Shown here: positions 36,655 through 48,719 of the stretch, in pieces | Layout: every line of letters starts with the position of its first letter | Numbering within the stretch: position 1 is the stretch's first letter | Assembly (NCBI GenBank): GCA_964057225.1 | Contig: OZ059896.1 | Location: 9,548,001-9,612,000 of the forward strand | Length of the DNA: 64,000 bases | DNA from: Auanema rhodensis | Taxonomy: Eukaryota; Animalia; Nematoda | Reading direction: 5' to 3' | Notes under the pieces: generated by a model | What the model saw: the letters and a program-made list of their open reading frames with translations, nothing else | What the model was told of the DNA's origin: nothing | Database searches by the model: none | Position numbers and translations under genes: made by a program

Positions 36655-39600
36655 ATGTCTCAGCGCACTGTCACAATATCAGTAGTAGGAGTCACCGGGA
36701 AAGAATCTATTAAAGGAACACAGGTTATAATTATTCCTTATTTTTAAATTGTTAAATTCAACCGTTTCAGGGTGTGGGAAAATCTGTGTTATGCAATCGT
36801 TTTATTCGTAGTAGTTATGACGAGTTTATATTGGACCACTCATCCGTTTTATCCCAGGTTGTTCACAGCGTGTTATTTAACGTTTCAAAATATTTTACAG
36901 ACAGATTTTGGCGGTTCGCCAGTAATAAATAATGATCATTGGCTTTATTGGGGTGAAAAAACCATTGAATACGATGATGGCTCATCAAAAATTGATGTTC
37001 GAATCATTGAGCAAACTGGTATGATAGCGTAATTCTCGAGCCAATATAATTTCCTTATTTAGAGTTTCTTGATGATGAAACTTACGATACACTTGGCGGC
37101 TCCAGTAGTGTTGAATCGTATAATAAGCGTGCTACTCGAACAAAACTTGAAAGCAGGGATAAACTTATGTATATAAGAAAAGTGAGCCCAAAATTTAACA
37201 TTTTCTAATTTTTATTTTCATGTAGGAACAACTAGGGCTTGAAGCTGAATATCCTCAGCATATTTTACCGGAAGGAAAATGTGCTATTGATGGTTTTATT
37301 TTAGTCTTTGACTCCAGTAGAAATGATAGGAGTTTTGATAGGTAGGAAAACCCTTACATAGTTTATAAAGTTATATTGTTTAGTCAAATATCTTTTTCTC
37401 ATTATATTTTAACGCATATTGTTAAATCAAAAAAGCCAGTTATTATTGCAATTAGCAAATGCGACGTATATGATGAAGAATGCAAGCGTGCTATTCAAAC
37501 TTTATTATCAAAAAAGGAACTCAAAGGTGCTCATATCCCAATTGTAAGTATTTGTAATAAGAACATTATGCATACATGTTGCTCTAGATCGAAACATCTG
37601 CTGTGGAAAACGTTAATGTGGATGAAGCATTTCTTTATGCTGTTAATAGCGTAGTCAAATCAAAGACAAGACTTAAAATTCAGCCCTATCATGAAGCTGA
37701 GAAAGCTGTTAAAGAACTCAACACTGAGAAAAGGTTGTATTAGAACACGTATATATGTTAGTATGATGATTTCAGATCTGCTTTTAATCGTTTATTAAAA
37801 GGAGTTCTCCCTGTTAATGATTGGCCGGTTCGAAGGTTTTCGTGGATAAGGTATTAGTTTTTTCTAAAGTTATTTCCTTTTTTATTGTTTTAGCTTGGTT
37901 CGAAAAATGAATCTTGATCGTCATCCTGATTACCTGAGTTTTGTTCATGCGTACGGCATCAACGCTGCAAAGAAAATATATGATCTTCATGTGAATGATG
38001 CTCGTGAATTCTGGATGGCTGCTAGGTTTCGAATTTATTATTCGTTTCAAATCACTGATTTTCGTTCAGGTTACGTGCACTTCATCCTGAACTGCCCAGA
38101 GTTTTTGATGCTCTTCTCGATCGTTCTTCAGTTCCCGGCTTAACATGGAATAAGGCAAAACGAATAATTCACTCTCATGCATTATTCGATGAATATTTTC
38201 AGCCTCTTGGGGCGTTAGGTATTTTTGTTTCATACATGTGTCTTATAATCTATTTTATACACGTACAGGTAAAAATCTGGATCCTCTAGCACCTGATGAA
38301 CTTTATGAAGACACTATTACTGACAATAGAATTCCCGAGGAGATTCTTTTACGTAGCGATACTAGAGTAGCATTTGACAATTATCAAAAGAACGTCGGGA
38401 TGGAGTTTCGAAAAGAAAGGCTTGAAGAAGATTTCGAGGCTATTCTACAAGATTGTCCTCAAGTAACTCCTGGGAAACCACTTCATGAAGTGTGCATTTT
38501 CCTGCAGGTTTTTTGTTTTAAACATGAATAGCAATATATTTTGAAATTCTTTTATAGGAATATGAAGCTTATAAACATCTTGCTCCTGCTCAAGCAGCAT
38601 TGATATACGAACGTTATCAGGTATGTTATTGTTTTTTTCACAATATTTTTATCGTTTTCAGAATGTATTGAAACAAAGAGCCGAGAAAGAGTTCTCAGAA
38701 TGCCTGAATGAGCATATAGAATTATTCCTTGAGGTATTACTCCCAGTTGTTCACGGTTCTATAGTATATTTCAGAGTTTGAGAAGTAGAAAATGTGTAAA
38801 TAGTGTAGGCGTCGTTTCTGAAATTCATTTTAATAAAATAAAAGATTTTCTTCAGGAAGACTATAGGTATTCTCAGTATATACTGTTTTATATTTATATA
38901 TATATAAGTTCAGGTTTCGACAACTCTCGCGTATGTTCAAACTCAGGGATAGCATGATCCATCAGTTTATTTCATTTATTTTAAATCCATCACCTTCTCA
39001 ATGTGCATCTAGGACTCGTTGTTCAGACGTTCAACTTCTTGAATCTCTTGATATGTTTTTTCAAAGGTTTGTTTAGCTAAAATTTCTTGTTTAATTGTTG
39101 CTTACTTTGATTTAGAAGACAACAGGCATCATCATCCGAAATTCATGTAGTTGATATCTCTGTTTATGGAGACATGCCTCTAGTTGCACAATTTATTACT
39201 GACTTGAATGTAATGTATCTTATTCTGTCCTTATTCATCAATAACTTACAGAGATTATTGAGCAATGAACCATTTCTTAGTACTAGCGGTTTTGCTACTA
39301 TACGCTGTTTCGGTCCCGACGAGTTAGAGATTTGTGGAAAGCCACGGACACAACTGTATTTGCTAGGTTTTCATTCAACTAAAATAAACCCACGTCTAAT
39401 CATGTTTTACAGATACTCCTCAGTGTATAGAAGAGTCTCGAATCTTTTTCGAGAATAAAAAGAACGATGACTCTTCTCTACCTCCTGTTTTTGTGCTCGT
39501 TTGCGATCCGGGACATTACGACCTTTTACCAACCATGCATGAAGAGGTTAAGCTTGGATTCTTCAATATCTTCTTATTGTCATTATTCTCAGGGTTCGAA

Positions 39601-42600
39601 GTTGGCCGAAGATATGAATGGGATATTTATTGGTGCCGGTAGTGCTGAATCAAGTGAGAGCAATTGCAGCAGAGCCAGTGATTGTAGTAGCATCTTTGGG
39701 TATTTATCTCTTCTAATTAATTGTTTTTCATAAGATTCTATGTTATACAGGCGTGATCAGTTGTACAGAGTCTGTGAAACAACATGTACTTCACAATTAG
39801 ATAGCAGGCGATGTGATTTTCGAGTTCGGGCTTCCATCCTCTGTGGAGATCCTCATGGTTGCGATTCTGTTCTATCGTGCATGTTTCCTCCTAATAATTC
39901 GGAAATTTGCCCAGTAGTTAACAAAAGTTTATTAAGCGGTAGTTTCTTTTTTTAATATTGATTCAAAATCCATTTTGCAGCAGGTATAATACCGGTTGAT
40001 ATTTGCACAGAAACGGGCAACCCACGTGTAGATGTTATTCTGGGCTCATACCACAACTGGCTTTTTACAAAGACTAATGCTCCCATTCATGGCCATATCT
40101 TCATTTTCTCTGCTAAGTTTGTTACTTAAAACGCTTGTAGTTTACTTATTTACAAATCATAATTCAGGCGAACTGCTTCATATGCATTTGCCCGAGCAGC
40201 GTTGACGAAAGTACTTGATAATGACCGCTACTCTGTCACTGGACAATCCATTCTTCTCGTAGCCATTTCGGATATTCATGACCGCTACGACGATGAGGTG
40301 AGCGTATTGATCAAGCAATCTCGGTGCATGTGTTATTATACTTGCTGAGCATATCCGTTGGAGACAATCGCTTGTCTTTCTTATTCTATCATCGAGTGAT
40401 GACACTATGTGTACCGTTTGTGCTTGCTGTAAGTGCGATACAAAACTGAAGTACTTCTGGCGTAGCATCCTCTACCTATCTTTTCATATCAAGCAGCATT
40501 GACATAGCGAAATATTTGTACTGCATTCCTTTTTCCATGTAAAGGTTCAGCCTTGTTTGCAATCTCATATTTATATCTGCTTTATTTGAAAATTCGCTCT
40601 TTCCTAAAACACCATTACTCATAACTTTTCAGCAGCCAAACCTTGTGCTGACATCTGCTAGCGAACTTGCGCATAGTGTAGGTTGTTCTTTTATAGTGGT
40701 AACTCCTGAATCTACCAATGATTTGAGTTCAAATAGAATATTTATTAAGTTTATTTCTGGATTGAAGGTTTGTGTTTAATAAACTTTTCTTCGTAAATAT
40801 GAATATTCAGGACATGGTGCCAATATATGATACTGAGAGTTACGACCAAACCCAGATAGACAGGTTCGTAATTTTTCTTTATATGCTACAAGCTCTTGTC
40901 AAAAAGAAAATTTATTTTATCACGTCACCCACTTAGTCTCTTCTTTTTTTCGCAAGCAATCAACATAAGTGGTTGAACTCTAATTCTTTTGCTATTAGCT
41001 CTCCAATCATGGCTTGTTTTATTCTTTCATATATTAATATTGAAATAACTTCACTCTTTCTACATCAATTAACTGTCATAATGATCACTTTTATTCTTAG
41101 TGACGGTTACGCTACTTTTGCTGGGTCGCATCAGTCAAGTAAAGACGATATTTCTATTCAGTCTAAAGAATACAGTGGTACGACCTCTTACGTTTTGAAC
41201 TCTAATGTATTTCAATATTTTAGGAAGCTGCGCTGCTCCTAGTGTTATAAGCAATTTGAATCAATCGTCATTTTCAACTAGATCCGATAATAAATCTCAA
41301 AATGATTGTAGTTCTATGCAGTCGTCTTTAGCGGGTGTATCTATTATTGCTGAGTATGTTTAGTCTAGTTGAACGCAGTGAATTAATTTTTAATCTCAGA
41401 AGCAACTCAGGCAAGCCTCGCCGTAGAGCCCCTCCTCTAAATGTATCGTTAAAAATTCCCGGGTTCAAACCTTCTGAGGTAGCCCCTTTGGCTACTCCAG
41501 AGGCCATTGAATTGGCACCGGAATATAGCCAAACTCAAGATGCATTAACTGATGATGATAATGTGTATGCCACAGCAGATTTCATGTCGCCCGTAAAAAC
41601 AGATGAAAACATTGTATCTCTATTGAACAAAAGGGACAAAAAAGTTAGTCTGATTAATTATATTTCTCTGAAAGTAAGCTTTGTAGTCAAATTTGCGGTC
41701 TTGGATGTTTTCACAGTCGAATACTTCAGGTTCTGTCCAACCTTGTTCATCGGGTATGTTCTTGTTCTAACTTGTTGCATGTGCTTACTGTGTTGTTATT
41801 GTTGCAGTTTTTTCATATACTACCGTGGAAAAAGTACCATCACGAACTGCTCCTTTACTGCTAATTCCTGCTTCTTCATCATCAGAAAAACGTCTACCCA
41901 TTCTTTTAACGCCTACAAATATGAAATCTTCTGTTTCTCAAACAATCAATCCAAAAGTGCCAAACACAACGAAGCACACATTGAAAACTTCAAATATTAA
42001 TCGCTCAATTACTATGGACATTATCAACCGAGAATCTGTGGCAAAGACTAGAAAAGCAGTAGTACAGCCTGTTCGCCCTGCTCTCAGGCAATCCATATCA
42101 GCTGAGTCCTTAGCTGATTTATTTTTGGAAAAGAAGAAAAAAAAAGAATTCGGAGGCAGCAAGTTTGTTCGAAAAGTCGCAACCTCTTTTCGATTCAAGA
42201 AAAATGAGATTAAAATAGATCATGAATCAGACAAAGATGATGATCATAGAAGTTTATCAGTTCCTGGATCTCAACCGTCTCGAAGTTTGCCTCAGAGCCC
42301 TCATATTGATAGGCGTATAAAAAAAATTGGAGTTCAGGGTAAGGCGTTGTAAATTTTAGTTGAAAACAAAAGTGCTTAATGTTTATAACAATACTTTTTT
42401 TGAAATACTTAGTATTTATAATTTTTTCAGGGACTACTGAAAAGGCTTCAGGTGCTTTTTCATGGCTGCCTTCTATTTCTCCAAGACGGAGCACTAAGTC
42501 GTTACCGACTGAGGTATATCTTTCAAATTACAATAAAACTAAGAAAATGACTTATAGCCTGCTACTGTGGGAGTTTTATCTCCTTCAGATACTATCAATT

Positions 42601-43489
42601 CTTTAACCAGTGAAGGCGAAGATGTTCCAATATTTCTGAAGCGATGTGTGGACTTCATTGAACAGGTGTGTTTCTTTATAGTCTCATATTATTCAAACGC
42701 TTTATATTACATGTAAATTGTAGGAAATAGTGTTACTACAACAGGTAAGCAAAAATTGTTATTTTTTGGATGCAGCTAGGTAGACTTACTGCTGGCTTAT
42801 GAAAAGCTTTAGTACAATGTGTTAAATCTTTATCGATAAATTAATTGATAAAGCTGAGTTAAAATGAACTTTTCAGGATGGTGGATTGGAGCTAGAAGGT
42901 TTATATCGCATTCCTGGTAATCAAGCGCAAGTATTAGAACTAGAAAAATATTTCAGAGATAAAGTAGTTAACTAATTGTTACAGCATTTATACGTTCTTT
43001 TTAGGGCGATCTCGACCTAGGATCTCTCAATTTACCTGTTCATGTAGTGGCAACTGCTGTTAAGAATTTCTTTTCTTGTCTTCCCGAGCCTTTAATAACT
43101 TATGACCTTCACGAAAGCCTATTATCTTCATTATCATCATCGAATGTTTGACACATTAGTTGGATGATATTTAAATTTCGATTTTCAGATCGAAGCAGAG
43201 TACAAATTAATTCTTGCCAATCTCCCACCAGCTAATTTGCTCGTTATTAGTTATTTCTTTCGTCATTTACACAAAGTTGCTTCATCCCCTTCAACAGCTA
43301 TGGATTTGGTTAACCTCTCTAAAGTTTGGTTCCCTACATTCTTTAGGTAATATGAACTACATATCTTCAAACTCTTTTTTTTTTAGACCTAATTTTGATA
43401 ATTTCCAAGAAATGTCGGAAGGAATGGCAAAATATCAAAGAGCAATGGAAGCAATACTAATTCATTCTCAAAATATTTTCTGTAACTGA
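36655..43489 (+). CDS. rga-5: p190 RhoGAP (ARHGAP35/5 family): N-terminal GTPase-like domain, central FF-like/pseudoGTPase region, C-terminal RhoGAP
   Basis: ISVVG...[11 protein letters not shown]...HSSVLSQTDFGG...NNDHWLYWG is the p190 signature. RhoGAP motifs [21 protein letters not shown] (Arg finger), AVKNFF...LPEPL and [13 protein letters not shown]. Many short introns. Confidence 0.93.
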
Positions 43490-44125
43490 TAGCAAAATCA
43501 CTTTCTCGCGCCGGTCGTTGGATGTTCCCGTTTTAACAGTTCAAATTCCGCTTTTACTTATTTTGGTTTTCATTCTAATTGAACTTTAGCAATCGTTCTC
43601 TAGAGATTGCTGGAAATCTATGTTATGTGCCATTTTAACGCGTAAAATATATATATATATATATATAAGTTGTTAGATATTTATGCTTTCTCACTCATAG
43701 AGTTATATATTAACAGAATTTCACTTGAAGATATAACCTTGAACAACATGAAATGTTCAGTATGTTCTGAGGTTTCTGTTATGCTAGTCCAATTTTATGT
43801 AATAAAAACGTGCTAATATAATATATATATATATTCACTTTGTTTTCTTTGCGAGTCTTTCAAAAATGAGGGCTTATAACTGCACATATATATAAGTTTC
43901 ACTTTCAATTGGTAGTATGTATACCTCATGCAGCTTCACAAATATTATTAAAGTAAGTTAATTTAATCTGGAAATACAATTTTAAGTAGAAAAGTGAATT
44001 TACTTGTGAGTACACCTTATTGCAATCGAGATGAATTGCATTATAAAATTAGGATAAATACAAAACATCATTTCAATAGATTCATTTGCTATTTGAGCCA
44101 TCTACAACTATGAAACATTCATAAC

Positions 44126-44713
44126 TTAAGCTATTGGCCAGGCCCATTGGCTTTTTGGTGCCTCTTCTACCAAAGGTTCCCAAGCCTTAGACTCAAGAAT
44201 AGCACGAGTAGTTTCCAGTTCATACTCGGCCTACAAAACATGCGTTTTATATAACAATAATAAGAACTACCTGCTGAATAACTTCTTCTATCTGTCCCAT
44301 ACCAATTTTCTGTTCCAACTTTTCAATGTCATCCTCAGCTTGAACAAGAGATAATCGTTGTTTAACAATCTAAATTAAACAATAAAACGGTTGATTTTCG
44401 TTTTGTTATTTCAACTAACAGCTTCGGTATATTTTCGGTATGTAGCGTTGGGGGGCATTTGCTCTAAAGCACGAAGAATTCTGCTGTAAACAACAGTTAA
44501 AGCACGATGGGGGTGCTCATTCACGAAAAGTCCAGTGATTCCGGTACTCTAAAATTTTAACCATTCAACACTCTAAATCATAACACTAACCTTCTTATAA
44601 AACTCTTCAGATACTTTGCTCTTAGCTTTGAACCGATTTATATATGGATTTTCGTACATAGTTCTAGCTGATAGACGAACAGCATTCCCCACACTCAGCA
44701 AACGAGGTGACAT
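44126..44713 (-). CDS. NDUFA5: NADH:ubiquinone oxidoreductase subunit A5 (complex I B13)
   Basis: 4 exons. STGITGLFV...[12 protein letters not shown]...YRKYTE...[14 protein letters not shown]...[17 protein letters not shown]. Confidence 0.95.
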
Positions 44714-45130
44714 CTAGAAAATTATACATAGAAAAGAAAAAAATATATATTTTATGATATGATAAAATAAAACATTTATGTTCATCATAACATCAATAAT
44801 AATATTTACAAAGAATACTTTTAAAAAATCCCATATAGCCGTGAGGTCGAAAATATAGCAACATGGCGGAGCTGTGATACGTAATTATTTCGGCTCTAAC
44901 GTGGTGTTACAATTTTTTCTACTTATATATAGCTAAAAGTTCTGTGATGTTTTCTCATGTTTTTTCATGTACAGTAATTTAATTACATTATATGAACTAT
45001 ATTGACATTTAAGAAGTATATATTTACATATCACGTATTCATCACAAAGTTATAATATGAGTACTATTATATTAGCACAGCGAAATACTTTGAGTTATGG
45101 CTAATATTGTTACTTAACAGAACAGCTTGA

Positions 45131-47597
45131 TTAATTTGTTCTATTTTGAAGAACACCAAAGCAAGTTTCGCATACTCTCGCAGGTTTTGGATTCGAAGGT
45201 AGCTTTACGCGGGGCGAGCTACATTCAGAACAAAAAATGGATCCGCACATTCTGAAAATCACATTCTTATTAGTGCAATGAAGAATTGGTCACCTGCAGT
45301 GATGTTTTCGTTTTGAAATAGTGAATTTCTCATCGCAACTAGTGCAATTACTAACTTCAGAGTCTTTTGCCCATTGTGCATCTGAGAGAGGCCGAAGCTC
45401 CTCTGCGAGTTCAATCATTTTCAACTTAGACCTAAATTAATAAAAAGGTAGGCATGTACTTGCATTGTAAGCATACTCGCTTAATTGTCCTCCAAGCTCT
45501 TGTAGGCTTTGTTCCAGTTCTGCAGCATGTGATTTAGTCTCAGAATATTTCTCACGTAGTTGTTCCAACTCCTAACCAGAAGGTGTTTATAAAAGCATAT
45601 CAAAAATATATCAGCGAACCGAACCTCAACTACAGTGGGCATTTCTTCAACAGTTTCTTTCAATTTCTCAACTTCCCTTTGATACTTAATTAATTGTTCT
45701 TCAGCCTACACAAAGAGAATTATAAGTAATACGAAATAGTTTAACTGAAGCACCTTAACAAGTGCTACCTGCTTATCTTCTAATTTCAATAGGATATCAG
45801 AATATTGTTCGCATTTCTTTTCCAATTCGACTTTCACAGAATCTTAAAAATTAGAATATAAACTAACTCTTGAAGATTTTATACCTTGATCTGCATCTCG
45901 CACAGAGAGTTTTTCTAATAAAATATTATTATGCTGTTCAAGTGTTTTAATAGTTTTTTTTAAACTATCCTTTTCCTAAGTTTAAGCTAAACATACAATT
46001 ATTAAAATTGAAAAAAACCTCATCATAATGACTTTTCATCCTCAAAAAATCATTTTCTAATTTTCTAACTATGTCTTCAGAGCAACGAAGTTTGTCATAT
46101 AGGTCGATGTTAATTTTTTTAGTATCATCCAATTGTTGCATAGTAATCTGAATTGTATCTTCCTTCTCCATTAGCTGTGTGGAAAATCCTTCAATTTCTT
46201 TACGAAGATTTTGGACGTCCTTTCTACATATAGAATGATCATTTTCCTCTTTATTTTCTACGTTACTGAATTTAACAACCTAAATTGAGTTTTATAATAA
46301 ATTCACAAATTATGAATTAATACGTCATTCAGCAAAACTACATTAGATTTTCCACGTTCGATTTCGTCCAGTTTCCGTTTCAGCTCATCAATTTGGGATC
46401 TGAAATCTTTCATAGGCTGAAATTCAAAAAACAAATTTCCAACTGTAAAAATCGATTTCGCTCGTCGAGGAAATTATTTTGGTCCAATACAGTTTTAAAC
46501 TCTTCATCGGTACCAGCCTATAAACATAAAGTGTTTAGAAAATAATCAAAATAACAGAGCATAAAAAAGAATTATAAATTGAGAACGAGTTCAGAAATTA
46601 ATATGATTTCGCAGCATTATGAAGAAAAAGTTAAAATAGACAGAAATTTGATTCACCGATCTGCTTGCGGTATGTTCCAGGGGAATAGTTGGAATTTTTA
46701 TATACTGTGAGAAATCAATGCTCATTGGCTGCTCCTAAATAAAAAAATCTCTCTGCAAATTATAGAATTCTAAACAACCTGGAGATTTTCGTAATTTAAT
46801 TGAATATTACAGTCTATTACTGAAAGACCAAGTAAAGATCCGGAAAGCTGAATAAGGTCTTCATGTCGAATTAAAGACCAGGACTCATAATATTCCCTAA
46901 AATGTGTTGATATTTCCCCTTTATATTTGAAAATTTCTTATACTCACCGGATTTTAGAAGACATACAAATATGAGTAAGAAAAGTAGCGATTTTCTTTTG
47001 CATTAGCGCTATTCTCAGGAATGCTCGGACTTTACTGATTGGTGTCCTTAATATGAAACTAAAGCAGGTGAGTATAAGAAAAACTACAATAAATCTTCCA
47101 AATGATTAACACAATTGACGGCTTCCATCATACTTTCCTCTCCTCTAGCGAGAACTGAGATAGCTAACCATAGTTCGGAATCACGAGATTTCATAACTAG
47201 AAAAGCCCTCGTATCTATAAACAAATAATAAATTTGTGCATAGAATATAAAAACTTACTTACTGCTTTAAACCCATGAAAAAGAACCTTCTCTAACACCA
47301 TAAGTAAATCACTAAGTTGTTGAGATTCACAGTCAATTATTCTAAATTTTGTTCCAAAACTAGAGTAATTAATGAAAAATATACCTATTTCTAGATATCA
47401 TAGCTTGCTCTAAAAACGCCCGAAGTACCAGCTTAGATATAATAAGCAAGTTGGATCTTTCATTGTCTTAATTACACAAATATGAGTTAAACTTCTATAA
47501 TTATACCTCGGTGAATCGTTTCAGCTCTTGAAATTCGTTTCTCTCCTTCTGCATCATTTCCGAATACTCCCAAATTAGTTGAACCAAAAAGGCTCAT
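45131..47597 (-). CDS. RUFY: RUN and FYVE domain protein (RUFY family)
   Basis: RUN motifs ERSNLL, LEKVLFHGFK, KVRAFLRIALMQK, EYYESWS and LLGLSVIDCN, then a long coiled coil. FYVE with WAKD, RKHHCR and RVC motifs intact. Confidence 0.92.
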
Positions 47598-47694
47598 CAA
47601 GTTTCGATTCAAATATTGTAGGCTACAAGCGAGAATAGACAGACCCTGTACGGTGCGGCTTGAATATGCTAACAGATAATTATAAAGAACCCCC

Positions 47695-47714
47695 AATTAC
47701 GCAATTGCGTAATT
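47695..47714. promoter_or_regulatory. Perfect 20-bp palindrome of two bZIP (C/EBP/PAR-like) sites upstream of RUFY
   Basis: AATTACGCAATTGCGTAATT equals its own reverse complement, ~100 bp upstream of the ATG at 47597. Confidence 0.5.
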
Positions 47715-48719
47715 TCTTCCACCGTAACAAAAGGTGCGATCGAACTTGCCAACTTGGCCACTTGTTGAGAGGAAATTGAAAAATCTAAAGCATGTTTAGA
47801 GAGTTGTACGGTTAGTATTGTTAATTTTGAAGTTTTTCGTTTTTTTTTGCATTTTCTATTTGTTTCCCATTCTTATCAATTCGCTCTTCTCAAAATGAAA
47901 GATAAAAAAAGACAAATATTATATTAGGAAGAGTTTTAGACTGTTATCCAATTTCCAACAAACGAAGCAAGTTGCCTAATTTGTTTGTAAACATAAATTG
48001 AAGAGAATGATAAAAATAAGAGTTTTTCATGTTATGGTGAGTGATGATTTTCCGATGATTTAATCAAATAAAATATTGATGATAACAGAGGAAAAATAAG
48101 GAAGCTGAGAAAAATTCTTATGGTGTTTGCTAGATTATGTTGAAAATTGTGGCTTTTAACCTTTCATTACAAAGCTAAAGATTCACCACTTTAAATTGTT
48201 AATATATGATCCTTAAAAGATATTTCGTGTTTTCAATTGTGTGTATTTCGTAAACTGGAAATTATCTTTAATAGATTCAAGTTTTAAACATTTTCAAGCT
48301 TGTTGGGTGATTAGGTAAAATCTTTACTTTCATAGCTAACTCTTCTTCTAAGAAATATCAACGGTTCATTATAACAATTTAAAAATAAGGCATCTAAGAT
48401 CTTCTTATAAAATAATTCATTCTTTCATATTTTTAAATTGTTAATAAATGAATTAAATATTTTGAGGCAGACGAATTACGTTTTTTGAATATTTTATCTT
48501 AGTTTCTGTCTCGATAATCCGTTCAATCAAGCTTTTGATGTTTTAAAACTAATTATATTATATTATTACTTCTCTTAAAGTTTAAAAAATAAAATAGTTT
48601 ACACTTGAATAAAACTTGTATACATATTTGTTTTGAAAATGTAGTACTTATATCAGAGTTACTCTATATCAATTATTTAATTGTGACATGATTCTGAAAC
48701 TAAATAGTAGTTAACAAGA

